From Parasitella parasitica NRRL 2501 (lineage: Eukaryota; Fungi; Mucoromycota): a DNA stretch of 64,000 nt. The translations under genes were made by a program, and so were the position numbers. Shown piece by piece: positions 40,088 through 51,631 of the stretch. The stretch lies in assembly GCA_025201805.1 (NCBI GenBank), contig MU619303.1, positions 19,827-83,826 on the forward strand. The letters are read 5' to 3'. A model generated the notes under the pieces. That model was not told where the DNA came from and searched no databases. It worked only from the letters and a program-made list of their open reading frames with translations. How positions within the stretch are numbered: position 1 is the first letter of the stretch; every line of letters starts with the position of its first letter.

Positions 40088-40883
40088 ATGCTCAGTTACT
40101 ACAGTAAATTCTGGAACGGAAAACTTGGACGTATTTCGAGCCTTCATAAGACTACAACCCCTTCAACGTCTACATTAGAACTGCTACCAAACGATGACAG
40201 TAAGAAATTGAAGAATGATTTAGATTTGATGTTATCTTCACTTTCAAAGGATCAAGGCAACAATAAAACCAATAAAACCAATAAAACCAATAAAACCAAT
40301 CAAACCAATAAACAAGAAGCAGATGCAGGATACCCACTGCAGGAAGCTCTATATGGACTCATTGAAAAAATACAGCAAGCAACAGAACGATCACTCGACA
40401 ATCAAAGAGTAGATCCAAGTGCAAGGTTGCAGCAACAATTAGATGTTGCTTCGTTTGGTGCATTAGTAGATCGCATGAATAAAAGAAGACTGATAAGCCA
40501 AGTAAGCAATTCTTATTTGTGTCGGATGTTCGTGTATTGAATAGATTTGGAAAAAGGAATGGATATCGAATTCAGAGCAGCTAAGCATTGATATCGCGGA
40601 ATTGGTTGCAAAATCATCATGTTTTTTCAAGGTTGAAGATGAATATGACGAGCAGCGATACGAACTATCTCCCATCAAAGAGAGAGATATGTACTTGTGC
40701 CATATATTCAGTAAGATCAACCGACAATCAGCCAGAAGAATGGCCAACCAAGATGCCGAGATAAAACCTAGGAGGTCTATGGAAGATGAAGAGGACGACG
40801 ACTTGTTTTCACTTATCCACAAAGCTTCGAGCCATAATGCAAAATTCGCAGATCAGCGAGCCACCATGAAACTGCGCCCTTAA
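40088..40883 (+). CDS. Hypothetical protein of about 250 aa with five GoLoco/GPR-like repeats
   Basis: Two ORFs joined in frame by a 43-nt GT-AG intron (40502-40544). Repeats end in LDNQR, LISQI, YDEQR, MANQD and FADQR. Confidence 0.7.
40259..40312 (+). repeat. Coding 9-bp minisatellite (AATAAAACC)n encoding NKT repeats
   Basis: caataaaacc aataaaacca ataaaaccaa taaaaccaat caaaccaata translates to NKTNKTNKTNKTNQTNK. Confidence 0.9.
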
Positions 40884-41011
40884 TCGACACAAAAACAAAA
40901 CCCCTCTTGTTCTTTTCTCCTTGTGAACACAAGATGATCGAAAGAAATAAATATTTTACATGTTTTTTTTTAGCTATTTTATTACAATATTTAGTATAGA
41001 CATATAAAATT

Positions 41012-43507
41012 TTATTCTTCCATAGCTGTGCTCTTGGCTACAGAAGATGTTTCAACAGATTTATCTAATCCACCTCTATATAATTCGGTGTTCCACTTGG
41101 GAAAAATACGTTTGTAGAGACACATCATGATAGTGTCTTGTTGTGTCAAAGTGCCGTCGAATATACACTTCATATAACCGTGCGTACCTAATGATTCACT
41201 GATATGACCTACTCGGCCGTACTTTGTTGTGAGTTGGACAGGCTTAAACCAGTAGATGTCCTCTACATTAAAGAACATGAATCGAATAACGGCTGATCTT
41301 TTGTGACACTTGAAGGGGTGGCCGCTCAAAATGATACGCTTGGCAATAATACGCTTGATATCCACATCCATAAATGTGCCTGAAGACACCAAAATTGGTT
41401 CTATCGCAGTGAAAGCAAGCAAAATTAAAAATGCGATTCACTCCATACATCATATCAACATACCATTCACATTATCGGTTTCTTTGTAAAACATGACAGG
41501 CATTTTACCAAACACGACAGGTCCATAGATGGTGGCAACATATGAGCGGCCCAGTTTCATGAATCTTTCGAATTTATGCACATGGTTGGTGCCCTTGCTG
41601 GTATTTTGGGAGTAGATGGGCTTAACATTGTACCTTCTAAAGCCCATGTGCATAACCATAGGGTCCTTTGATCTGACAGTCTCTTCGTATGCATTGTCGC
41701 GCTGCACTTGCAAGTTGATAAGGGACATTTTGTGCTCGTACTGCAAAAGACCAAATAGAATATATGGTCTAGTTCTATCATAAGCCTCTACAAATGCATC
41801 CATTTTAGAAAAAATATATATAGCGACAAATGCTGTTTGAAGCTGCTACTAACCATAAGCCTGAAGAGGGACATTGCTGATCCATACTGTAATTCTTGAG
41901 GCAGGCTTGACATTACCAACAATAGCTTGGCTAACAACACGATGTTTGGTGCGTCCAAAATTTTCAAACTGGAAAATCCTACCATAATCAATGGGCAAGT
42001 TTTCATAGGGATCCCAAGGAGAAGTTCTGAAAGACTGGAGGCCACGATAGCGGGCAAAGCGTTCTCTAGCTGTGATGTGCATAGGCGTATCGATCTCATC
42101 AGGAAAGTCGTTGTGAGACTCAAATTCAGTTTGTCGCTTTTTAAGGTATTCCTCGTACTCTCTGGCCTCTTCTTCGGCGTTAAATTCATCCTTGTAGGTC
42201 TCCTTGGATTCCATATCAATCTCTTCATACTCCTCATCGTCCTCTGAAAGAGCACCAATAGCTGGTTGGACAATATCATCATCCTCCTCCTCTTGCATTG
42301 TGGTGTCTTCTTCGTCTTCCTCTTCGCTATAATCTGCATCATCATCATCGAAAATCCACGCAGCTTGATAGGACGATGTGCCCTTGGGGACTCTTTTCTT
42401 TGTTGGTTCTCCACCGTCTAAATTGCGCATACGACGCACATGGGCATCTGCTTTGGCCAATTCCTCTTCTGTAGGCCAAGTCTGCTCATTGTTCATGAAA
42501 TCAGGTTCATTTTCAGCTATCAAGTCATCTTGTTCTTCGGGTTTGGGGGTATCAACGACTTGAATATCTTCTTGCATGTCAGATGCTGCAGTAGCAATAG
42601 AGGCACTAGTGATTTGCTGTATCTGAAAATCGCCAAAGTTTTGCAAATGAACCAAGCGATTCGCATTAAAGGGGTTGCCACGGGCATAACCAGTGACCTT
42701 CAATGTACCTGTTTCAGCAGAAGTAGGGTCGAATTCGACTTGTTCCGCTAACATGTAGGGATGATTATCACGCCACGACATGGGCTTGGGGCGTTGCGAT
42801 GTGATGAAACGTAGGGCATTAATGCATTCATTGTCAGAATCCAACGTAAACAGGTGTTCTTCCTCTGGGAAGAATTGCTGAACAAATGCAGTCAGTGATT
42901 TTCTAGTGCTATTACGAAGTTTTGCGGGTGTGTTCTCCATGTTCTGAACAACAGGAACGACATTAACAATGCCTTGATTGAGAATAGCTAGCAAGCAGTT
43001 GATGCCAAATTGATCCACCTCCACATCAGCCGACATGAGAAGGATACCGAAATCAGCAACCTTGAAAGCATCAATGACGTCGATAAAGTTGCGCTTGAGA
43101 GGCACTAGCTGAATCTTTTGCTTGAATCGCTCAACATGGAGGATAGTGGCTTCTTGGGTGGCATGTGCAGGCATCTCAAGGGCAAGAGATTTGTAAATGG
43201 CTTCAATAGCGGAATCAACGTCACTGTCAGGGCACAATGGCAAGACAGGAACAATCTTTGGGGCTCCTTGACGTCCCTCAAAGATACGGCTGATACGAGT
43301 AATGTCCTCACGCTTCTTTTGCTGGATGATCTTTGCAGCATGGCGACGATCGGTTTTGCTGACGATTTTGACATTGTTGCCTTGTTTGATAGCATTGCGA
43401 TTAATTTTACCTTTGGAGGCCTCCCTCAATGCACTCTTGGTGGCATGTCGACTCTTGAAAGGTTTGTTAGACTGGTGGGAGCTACCAGCTCTATGGCGAT
43501 GTTCCAT
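41012..43507 (-). CDS. TSR1: Pre-40S ribosome biogenesis factor Tsr1
   Basis: [89 protein letters not shown]. Two introns. Confidence 0.95.
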
Positions 43508-43540
43508 GATGGATGGTGGTTGACAAGGCAAGAAAGGCTT

Positions 43541-43590
43541 NNNNNNNNNNNNNNNNNNNNNNNNNNNNNNNNNNNNNNNNNNNNNNNNNN
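43541..43590. other. Assembly gap (50 N)
   Basis: Run of N within the TSR1/WD40 divergent intergenic region. Confidence 1.
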
Positions 43591-43651
43591 GCTATTATTC
43601 GGCAGTCACCGCTTTGACATTTTTTCCTGGAAGCCATCATTCATGTAGCGA

Positions 43652-45132
43652 ATGCCTTCTTCTGTATCAGCCACTTTAAGCATGAGCATAAAGAGCATTA
43701 ATCCACTCCATGATTTGAAAGGCCATCAAGCTTCGGTTATTGCTGTTGAATACTCTAAAAAATCATTTTTGGGCGAACATCTGCTTGCTTCGGGATCAGG
43801 TAATGCATGGTCTGCCAAACATCTGTAACAAAATTCATTGAACATTTCAGAGGACAAAACTTGCAGAATATGGGATTTGAAATCAAGAAAGGTTCTCAAG
43901 GGCATTAAAAATCTTGCTGACCCAGTAAATACATCCATGCATTCAATAAATTTGTATAGATACTGGGCTAAACCCATCTATTTTCAGGTCACATGCATCA
44001 AATTTGCAAAAAAAAACCAACCCTACATTTACCTGTCTTCTGGGACCAAGGTAGCGTATGCCTGCGAGATATTAAAGCCTGTTCTAATGGGAATTGTTTA
44101 ATCAGGTGCTAGTGTATGACCTTGGGACTGAAGGCATAATTATCACCAACCCAATTCGAACATACGAGTTTAGCAATGATGAAATCAATAGTGTAAGATA
44201 TAGCATTCGCATTTGCATGGTTAATGCCAGTCTTTACCAACACATGATTGCTGTTAGATTGATATCAACGATAACAATAAATTCCTTGCCACAGCTGATG
44301 ATGAAGGAATAGTTAACATTAGTAAGATATTGCATAGAACACAGCAACTAAATCAAGCTAATTGAAAAATACAACTCCATAGTTGACTTGAGCACTCATA
44401 AGATTTACAAAAAAACTCTTAAAAGGCATAGCAATGTACGGCAACATCAACGCCCTTACAAAGTTCATTTTTTAATCAAATATCATTTTTATAGATTTGC
44501 ATGTCTGTCAAGTTCAGGGCAAAGCAATCATGGCAAGTGTGGTCAGGCAGCATGGATAGTAAAGTATATGAATGGGATTTCTCCCGTGGACTACCAACAA
44601 ACATCTACGACATGAGTAAGTTTTGCAGGCATGCTATTATATTGTGTACTAATATGAGTTCCAGGTCCCAAAGAGCAATCAACTGCACAAATGTTCAACC
44701 CTCCTTTCGTATATGACGTTGCCATATCACACAACGGTGAATGGATTGCTGCAGGTTTGGGAAATTGCACAGTGCGATTAATAGCCCCACCCAACAAAAA
44801 GCAAAAGAAACATTTCAGAGAAATTAGTTTAGAGAATGGACACAACTTTATGGTAAACTCTGTGTAAGTGCTCCAGTGGACCTTGGGTTTTTCGAATATT
44901 CATGTATATAATTAGATCGTTTCTGACAGGTGAGAAAGGCCTGCTCATCTCAGCGTCAGCCGATAGTAGAGTTACCATTTGGGATTACAACGATGATACT
45001 CCCATTGTTTCCATGTTCCAACTAGATGCCAGATTAGGAAAGCTAAATTGTTTGAGTGCTTTTGAAATGAATGGCACATTGTTTATTGCAGCTGCTGGCA
45101 CAGGTGAACTGAGCATCTATCAATTGCAATGA
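43652..45132 (+). CDS. WD40-repeat protein, WDR53-like
   Basis: LKGHQASV..LASGSEDKTCRIWDL, CMSVKFR...VWSGSMDSKVYEWDFSRG, MFNPPFVY, ISASADSRVTIWD. About 8 short introns. Confidence 0.8.
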
Positions 45133-45279
45133 AAAAGCCACCTATTCGCACAAAGGATTATATGTCACCGTTTGCTGGCTGCTTGGATGTGCAAGTTGTG
45201 TGCGTGACTCCATCACAACTTCAAATGTTTTTTTTTGTGCCCATTGTAGTTGACTTTTTTCCTCTCACATCCTAATAAA

Positions 45280-45626
45280 ATGATTATCCCTGTTCGTTGT
45301 TTCTCTTGTGGTAAGGTTATCGGTAACAAATGGGACAACTACTTGTCTTTATTACAAGCTGAGTACACCGAAGGGTAAGTTGTAGATTTGGGATCATAGC
45401 AATCCATGCTGATTGTTTGAATTACATTTAGTGAGGCATTGGATGCTCTTGGGCTCAAGCGTTATTGCTGTAGACGTATGGTCTTGACCCACGTCGACTT
45501 GATTGAAAAGCTCTTGCATTATAACCGTAAGTAAAAAAAAAAAAAAAAATGTGTCATGAGTGGAACACTGACATTTAGTACTTTTTAATAGCCTTGGAGC
45601 GTTCAAGAGACCGTGGACGTGCTTAA
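45280..45626 (+). CDS. RPB10: RNA polymerases I/II/III subunit RPABC5
   Basis: [18 protein letters not shown]...EG|[32 protein letters not shown]|[10 protein letters not shown]. Two introns; missed by the ORF track. Confidence 0.97.
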
Positions 45627-46614
45627 CTTCTTTAGACCAAATATAACCCTTTCTCAACGTCGAATCAATCTTCAACATTATCCTGTACAATTTTTAAATA
45701 TGCAAACAAGTTTGCCTTGGCATTTTTTATATAATCACTTACACAAACAAGCAACTAGCCATTTTATTTTATTATTTCGACACACACCTACGAGATACAA
45801 TGAATAAACTAGCGTTCTTTTATTGTAGATTTGTTCTTTGTTACTATGGCGCGAAATGCATGAAATGTCAAATATTGAGGATTTTTGACTTTGGCGAACA
45901 CCTTAACTATTACCTTCATCGCTATATTTTTGATGAAGAGCAAGAATACATTATATATGTACAAAAGCACGATTTTGTTATCTTGATCAAGTCGGGATTT
46001 GGTTAAGCTTGCTTGGAAACCCTCGATAATTGCTAACATGAAATGAACACGTACATTCGTTTTATTTTCGTCAATCGTAGCCAAGTTTTTGGCTAAGACT
46101 ATATAATCTTGCCATCTATAATAGCAATTAAGTTTAAAAAAAAGCTTTTTCTCGAATAAATAGCGTTTGTTAGCTTAATTTGACCCAAGTCAGCACTTTG
46201 AAAGTGATATTTTGTAGGCTATAGGGCATTTATATCATCCAAAAGTATATCAAATGAATGCTTAAGCTTAGCAGATTTGTTTTTTTCACAATATTGTGAT
46301 TTTTCTTGGATCTTAATTTCAATCTGATTTTTCCCTTATACCTGTAGGCAAAAATTGTCAATTTGGTCAAATCTCAATTTATCAAGGGAAAAAATAGATT
46401 TTTAACTATTGTATGCATAATAAAAATTAATTCCATAAACATTCTCTATAATATGAAAGAATTTTCTTTGGCGTTTCATAGGGAAAAAAAAAGTCTCTTC
46501 TATTGTATGTCTGAAAATCAACATTATTGAGCATAACGAGCGATTTACTGCTAAAACAAAGCTAAAAAGAATACAAGACTATAGAGAATTAAACCTAGCA
46601 AAAGTCTACTTTAA

Positions 46615-47510
46615 TAAATATTCAACATTATCCATAAGGAAACAGAGAAACAATTTTTGACATGAATTTTTGAAAGCAACAGAGACATACTTGCAGCAGC
46701 ACGAAATCAAAAACACATTTGTATTGACAACAGCACATCAGATACAAAAAAAAAAAAAGAAAATGTGTCGTACTACTGTGGCGCCATATGGAACGAGAAA
46801 CATGAAATCATGTTTGCTATCCTCGCGCAAGAAAACAGATATCTGTATGCCTCAACTCTATATGACGAGGCACGGCCTGAAGCAATTGGATTGCTTACAA
46901 AAGACCTGTTGGAAACATCGCTCAATGTTCAGGGTTTGCATGGCTATCAGCCTGTTTTGGATGTACTTTTAAATGCAATTGAGACGCAATCAGCAATGAC
47001 ATTTCTAAGGAAATTTGCTACTATGAGTTATAAACTGAAGCAAGTAAAATGGTCTCCCCGTTCCAAAGAGATTCAGCAGCCAGATCGACGAGTTTACGAC
47101 TTGCCCCCGCATCTGATTTTGATTTACTGCAAAAATGGACTATTGGCTTTATTCAAGACGCATTTGATGACTCCAAAATCATCAACGAGCCTGTAGTTTC
47201 CATATCTCGGTATATGATTACCTCCAAACAGCTGTATCTTTTGTGCATTCATGGATCTCCTGTTAGTATGGCTTGGAAAGTCAGGCCGTTGAAGTACGGC
47301 ACATCGCTGGCATATGTGTACACGTCCCGCGAACATTGAAATAAAGGATATGGTGCTGCATGCGTCGCCATGACAAGTGAGGCTATCTTGAGGGATTATT
47401 CGTATATCACATTATTTGTAGACGTCAAAAGTGATCCTGAGGACAATCTGTATACTCGAGTTGGTTACAAGTACTTTGGCGAGGCTGATCGATTGGAAAG
47501 GCTTATATAG
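46615..47510 (+). pseudogene. Disrupted GNAT (FR47-like) acetyltransferase
   Basis: EFLKATETYLQQHEIKN... then ...PVSMAW...LAYVYTSREH*NKGYGAACV...ITLFVD...NLYTRVGY. Frameshifts near 46750 and 47070, an in-frame TGA at 47337-47339, and no clean start. Confidence 0.8.
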
Positions 47511-48119
47511 CCGAGTATATCAGTGCTATTTCAATATAAAAGTGCAATATTGAAAGCCATGTAAAAAAAAATTTACAATGAAGGGCACACAAATTTCATT
47601 CTCATTTATATCTCTAACCTCATTTTAGTGACAACCAATTCTGCATGAATGCTTCTCCATGGTCCTTTGGTCCTAGAAAATCGCATTATTCAGTATTTGT
47701 TACACCAAATGGTGCATAAACCCAGACTTGGATGGCGCCGGACTCTTACGCACAGCATTTTCTGATGCTGAAACCATGCCAGACGATTTTCCTCATTTAA
47801 GTGCTACAGCATTTTTGCAAGGTTTACAAATCCATGATTTTTTTTTTTTTTGATATTGCATGAGGTACCCCTCATAAAAAACAGTGATTTGGACAAGATC
47901 AAAGATTTCACTCGGAAAATTGAATTTCTTCCTCTTCAGTATGTTTAGATGGTATTTGATACGAGCATGTCAACTCCTGGTATTTGCTAGTAATTTAATT
48001 GACCGTTGGCTGACGATGAGTCGATTTTTTTTTTGTTACAAAATTGGATATCCACTAGATAATATTGCAAGTATTAGTTGATTTTCCTGGTATATTGTAT
48101 TAATATTCATTTCGAGATA

Positions 48120-49385
48120 TCATCAAAAGATGGTTTCGAGAGAGATTTTGTAGAAAAGATGCTGCCAAAGGGGCGGCGGTGGGTTCATCTCCGCCAGGCA
48201 CTGCAAAAATATGGTAGCAGATACCCAATTGTTACGAATTATGATCGAGTCAACCTGGACTACATGAAGACAGTGTCACTCCACTACGGGTTTCTGATGA
48301 TGCTGGTTCAAGCAATATACTTTCTGTTCAAACACAACCACATTGTTCTCAATGTCAATGGACACTTGTCGCCAGACACAGTTCCCAAGCTGCGAGGCTT
48401 AAAACAAGGCGATCCCATCTCCTGCATTCTATGCAATTTTGGCTTGGCGCCTCTGCTACGCAACGTTTTGGCTGATACCCGTGTCCAGGGATTTACCTTC
48501 CATCGTCGCTATGCTGAGCAGTCGCCTGCCACACCATCCATCAAAATCTTCAGCTATGCCGATGGCACTCTCTTGTTCCTCCATGATGTTGCTGATTTGC
48601 AGATCGTAGCTGCTCATTTGCAGAACTGCAGCCTGGAGTCCAACGCACAAATCAACTTCCACAAGACCCATGCCATCTCGCTCTCTGGCCAGGATATTGC
48701 ACCGCCACTGGATCCCATCCCAGGCTACCGCCACCTACCTAGCCATCTCACGTTTGTCGCCCGCCGGTTTCATCAGGCGTTGACCCATACTGATTGCCTC
48801 TTTCACCCCCTTCTTCCGTGCTTGTCTGGAACGCACAACGCTTAGCCTCTATAGCCAAGATGACCGCCCCTCATATCCAGACAATGCTGAATTTCGCCTC
48901 CTTCCGCAAAGGCTTGCATATCCAACCTAGCGATGACAATTTTGCCTACAGCCAGGGACGAACGCTCAACTTTAGACAGATATTTCTGGAGGCCACTGAG
49001 CGCCGACTGCCCGCTACACAGGCTATCGCTGCCTCATCGTGGAAAGCTTTCTATGCCCTCTTCCTCAACCACACCCAACGAAATGTCTTTTACCGCTTGA
49101 TCCACCACAAGATTCCTACCCGATTGCAGCGCTCCCACTGCAACTCGCCCACCGTCTTCGATCCCTTGGTAATCTTCATTGTGGCCCTGGCCGAAGTGTG
49201 GAAAGCGCACTGGCGTTTCATGTTCGATGCTGCACCTTTGACAACGAATTCGCTCTTTGTTTCTTTCCAACGTGTACTGAAAAAATTGCAAGCTGAAGAC
49301 AATCTTCCCCTTTCTGCTGGCTAAATGCATCCTCCATTTTGTTTTCTTTTTTTTCCTTTCCTTTCTTTTTTTATTTTTTTATTGT
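48120..49385 (+). mobile_element. Decayed non-LTR (LINE) retrotransposon ORF2 fragment
   Basis: RT motifs YDRVN, GLKQGDPIS and YADG (from YADD), INFHKT, and a downstream zf-RVT-like WKAFY..RNVFYRLIHHKIPT. Frameshifted and internally deleted; GC-richer than the flanks; T-rich 3' tail. Confidence 0.88.
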
Positions 49386-49754
49386 TACTACATAGGGTTA
49401 TACTATCCACACATTGCAATAATGAGCAGCAAATTTTGGCAAACTTTTATACGTTGTTTTCCTTTTCTTTATTTTTTGCACAACTGCTGAGCAAACTCTG
49501 ATTTTAGTGCCAAATGTACACCAAGAAATTTACCGTCTGCTTGAATACAAAAAGACTTTTTTCGACATTCAAAGATGGATAATGTCATGTCTTGAATATA
49601 AAATACAGTACAGCTTTTTCCTGGTCCAATTATTATTATATCTGAAATGTAGGCCATGTTTTTATAGTGTTATGAACGTTGTGAATCAATTGATTTCGAA
49701 TGCATAATGGAAAAAAAAAAAAGTTTATAAAATATTTAAAATATAAGCATCAGT

Positions 49755-49872
49755 TTTAATGTAAAATATAGGTTTTATGTTTATTTTCAACATTTAATGT
49801 AAAATATAGATTTTATGTTTATTTTCAACATTTATTTCTTCAATTTGTTTTATGTTTATTTCAACATTTATT
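49755..49872. repeat. AT-rich tandem duplication of a roughly 38-bp unit
   Basis: tttaatgtaaaatatagRttttatgtttattttcaacat occurs twice, followed by a partial third copy. Confidence 0.75.
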
Positions 49873-49927
49873 TATTTCTTTAATTCTATTCATCCGGGGG
49901 AAAAGGTACACTGAAAAATACTATCAC

Positions 49928-50712
49928 NNNNNNNNNNNNNNNNNNNNNNNNNNNNNNNNNNNNNNNNNNNNNNNNNNNNNNNNNNNNNNNNNNNNNNNNN
50001 NNNNNNNNNNNNNNNNNNNNNNNNNNNNNNNNNNNNNNNNNNNNNNNNNNNNNNNNNNNNNNNNNNNNNNNNNNNNNNNNNNNNNNNNNNNNNNNNNNNN
50101 NNNNNNNNNNNNNNNNNNNNNNNNNNNNNNNNNNNNNNNNNNNNNNNNNNNNNNNNNNNNNNNNNNNNNNNNNNNNNNNNNNNNNNNNNNNNNNNNNNNN
50201 NNNNNNNNNNNNNNNNNNNNNNNNNNNNNNNNNNNNNNNNNNNNNNNNNNNNNNNNNNNNNNNNNNNNNNNNNNNNNNNNNNNNNNNNNNNNNNNNNNNN
50301 NNNNNNNNNNNNNNNNNNNNNNNNNNNNNNNNNNNNNNNNNNNNNNNNNNNNNNNNNNNNNNNNNNNNNNNNNNNNNNNNNNNNNNNNNNNNNNNNNNNN
50401 NNNNNNNNNNNNNNNNNNNNNNNNNNNNNNNNNNNNNNNNNNNNNNNNNNNNNNNNNNNNNNNNNNNNNNNNNNNNNNNNNNNNNNNNNNNNNNNNNNNN
50501 NNNNNNNNNNNNNNNNNNNNNNNNNNNNNNNNNNNNNNNNNNNNNNNNNNNNNNNNNNNNNNNNNNNNNNNNNNNNNNNNNNNNNNNNNNNNNNNNNNNN
50601 NNNNNNNNNNNNNNNNNNNNNNNNNNNNNNNNNNNNNNNNNNNNNNNNNNNNNNNNNNNNNNNNNNNNNNNNNNNNNNNNNNNNNNNNNNNNNNNNNNNN
50701 NNNNNNNNNNNN
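49928..50712. other. Assembly gap (about 785 N)
   Basis: Run of N. Confidence 1.
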
Positions 50713-51215
50713 AAAAAAAAAAAAAAACGGGTATGACCTCAGTGATACTTGATTTGAACGTATCTAATTGTTAAAGAGCCCAATTGACGAGAAAGAAAGA
50801 GCATTCAATTCATGTTTGCAAACGCCATCAGTAGCAGCTGTCAATTCGCAAATAGCTCTGGCAGCAAAGCACATTAATTTTCTGTCATTTTAAAGGGGCG
50901 GGGTGGGGGGGAAGAAGCACACACAAACAAATGACATGATAATTGCATGCAACCATGTTAGTAGACCAACAGACAACTATGTCATTTAGTACATAATATT
51001 TCCATACACTATTGCTTGATGCGTAGTTTTGTTGCCATGGTTATTTCAAGTACGAGAACCGCAGACTGAAATTTATAAGTGTGTGGGGGGGGGGGAAGGG
51101 AGGATTACCCACCAATCTACTATATCAACTTTTTCTTTCCTTTGTAACACAGTTTCAATAATCCTGTTTATGGAAAATGTAAAGATGCTTCTCAAGTAAA
51201 ACTAAAGCAAGTACA

Positions 51216-51270
51216 CCCAAGGCAAATACTCCCAAGGCAAATACTCCCAAGGCAAATACTCCCAAGGCAA
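51216..51270. repeat. 15-bp minisatellite (CCCAAGGCAAATACT) x3.7
   Basis: Perfect tandem copies visible in the sequence. Confidence 0.95.
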
Positions 51271-51631
51271 GTAAACGATGAATTACATGCTCTTTATGTA
51301 TAAAAGTAAACAAATAGAGGTAGTGTAAAAAAAAAAAAAAAAAAAAGTATTGGGAACCAAGGTTAGTATTGCCAGTTTTACATTATAGTACTGGTTTACA
51401 TAAACCAGTATAAAGTAGTGTGTCACGCATGTTTGCATGAATTAATTGAGTACTTGGTTTTCAATATTTATGCATAAAACACTTAAAAGCATGTAGCTAA
51501 ATCAATCCAAGGTAAATTTTTTTATTTTTATGTTTATGTTTTTTTCATGCTTATTTTCATGTGGATAAAAGCGGGGATTGTACAATTTATTCATGCGAAA
51601 TAGAAAAGTTCTAATGTGTCCATATTTTGAT

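Noticed and set aside
43603-43610. Homol-D-like CAGTCACC upstream of TSR1
   Set aside because: It is a single imperfect 8-mer next to an assembly gap and is not distinguishable from chance.
47337-47339. In-frame TGA as selenocysteine or readthrough
   Set aside because: It replaces a conserved Arg (CGA), not a Cys, and the gene also has frameshifts.
51216-51270. Tandem repeats as a CRISPR array
   Set aside because: There are no spacers, the unit is 15 bp, the context is eukaryotic and no cas genes are present.
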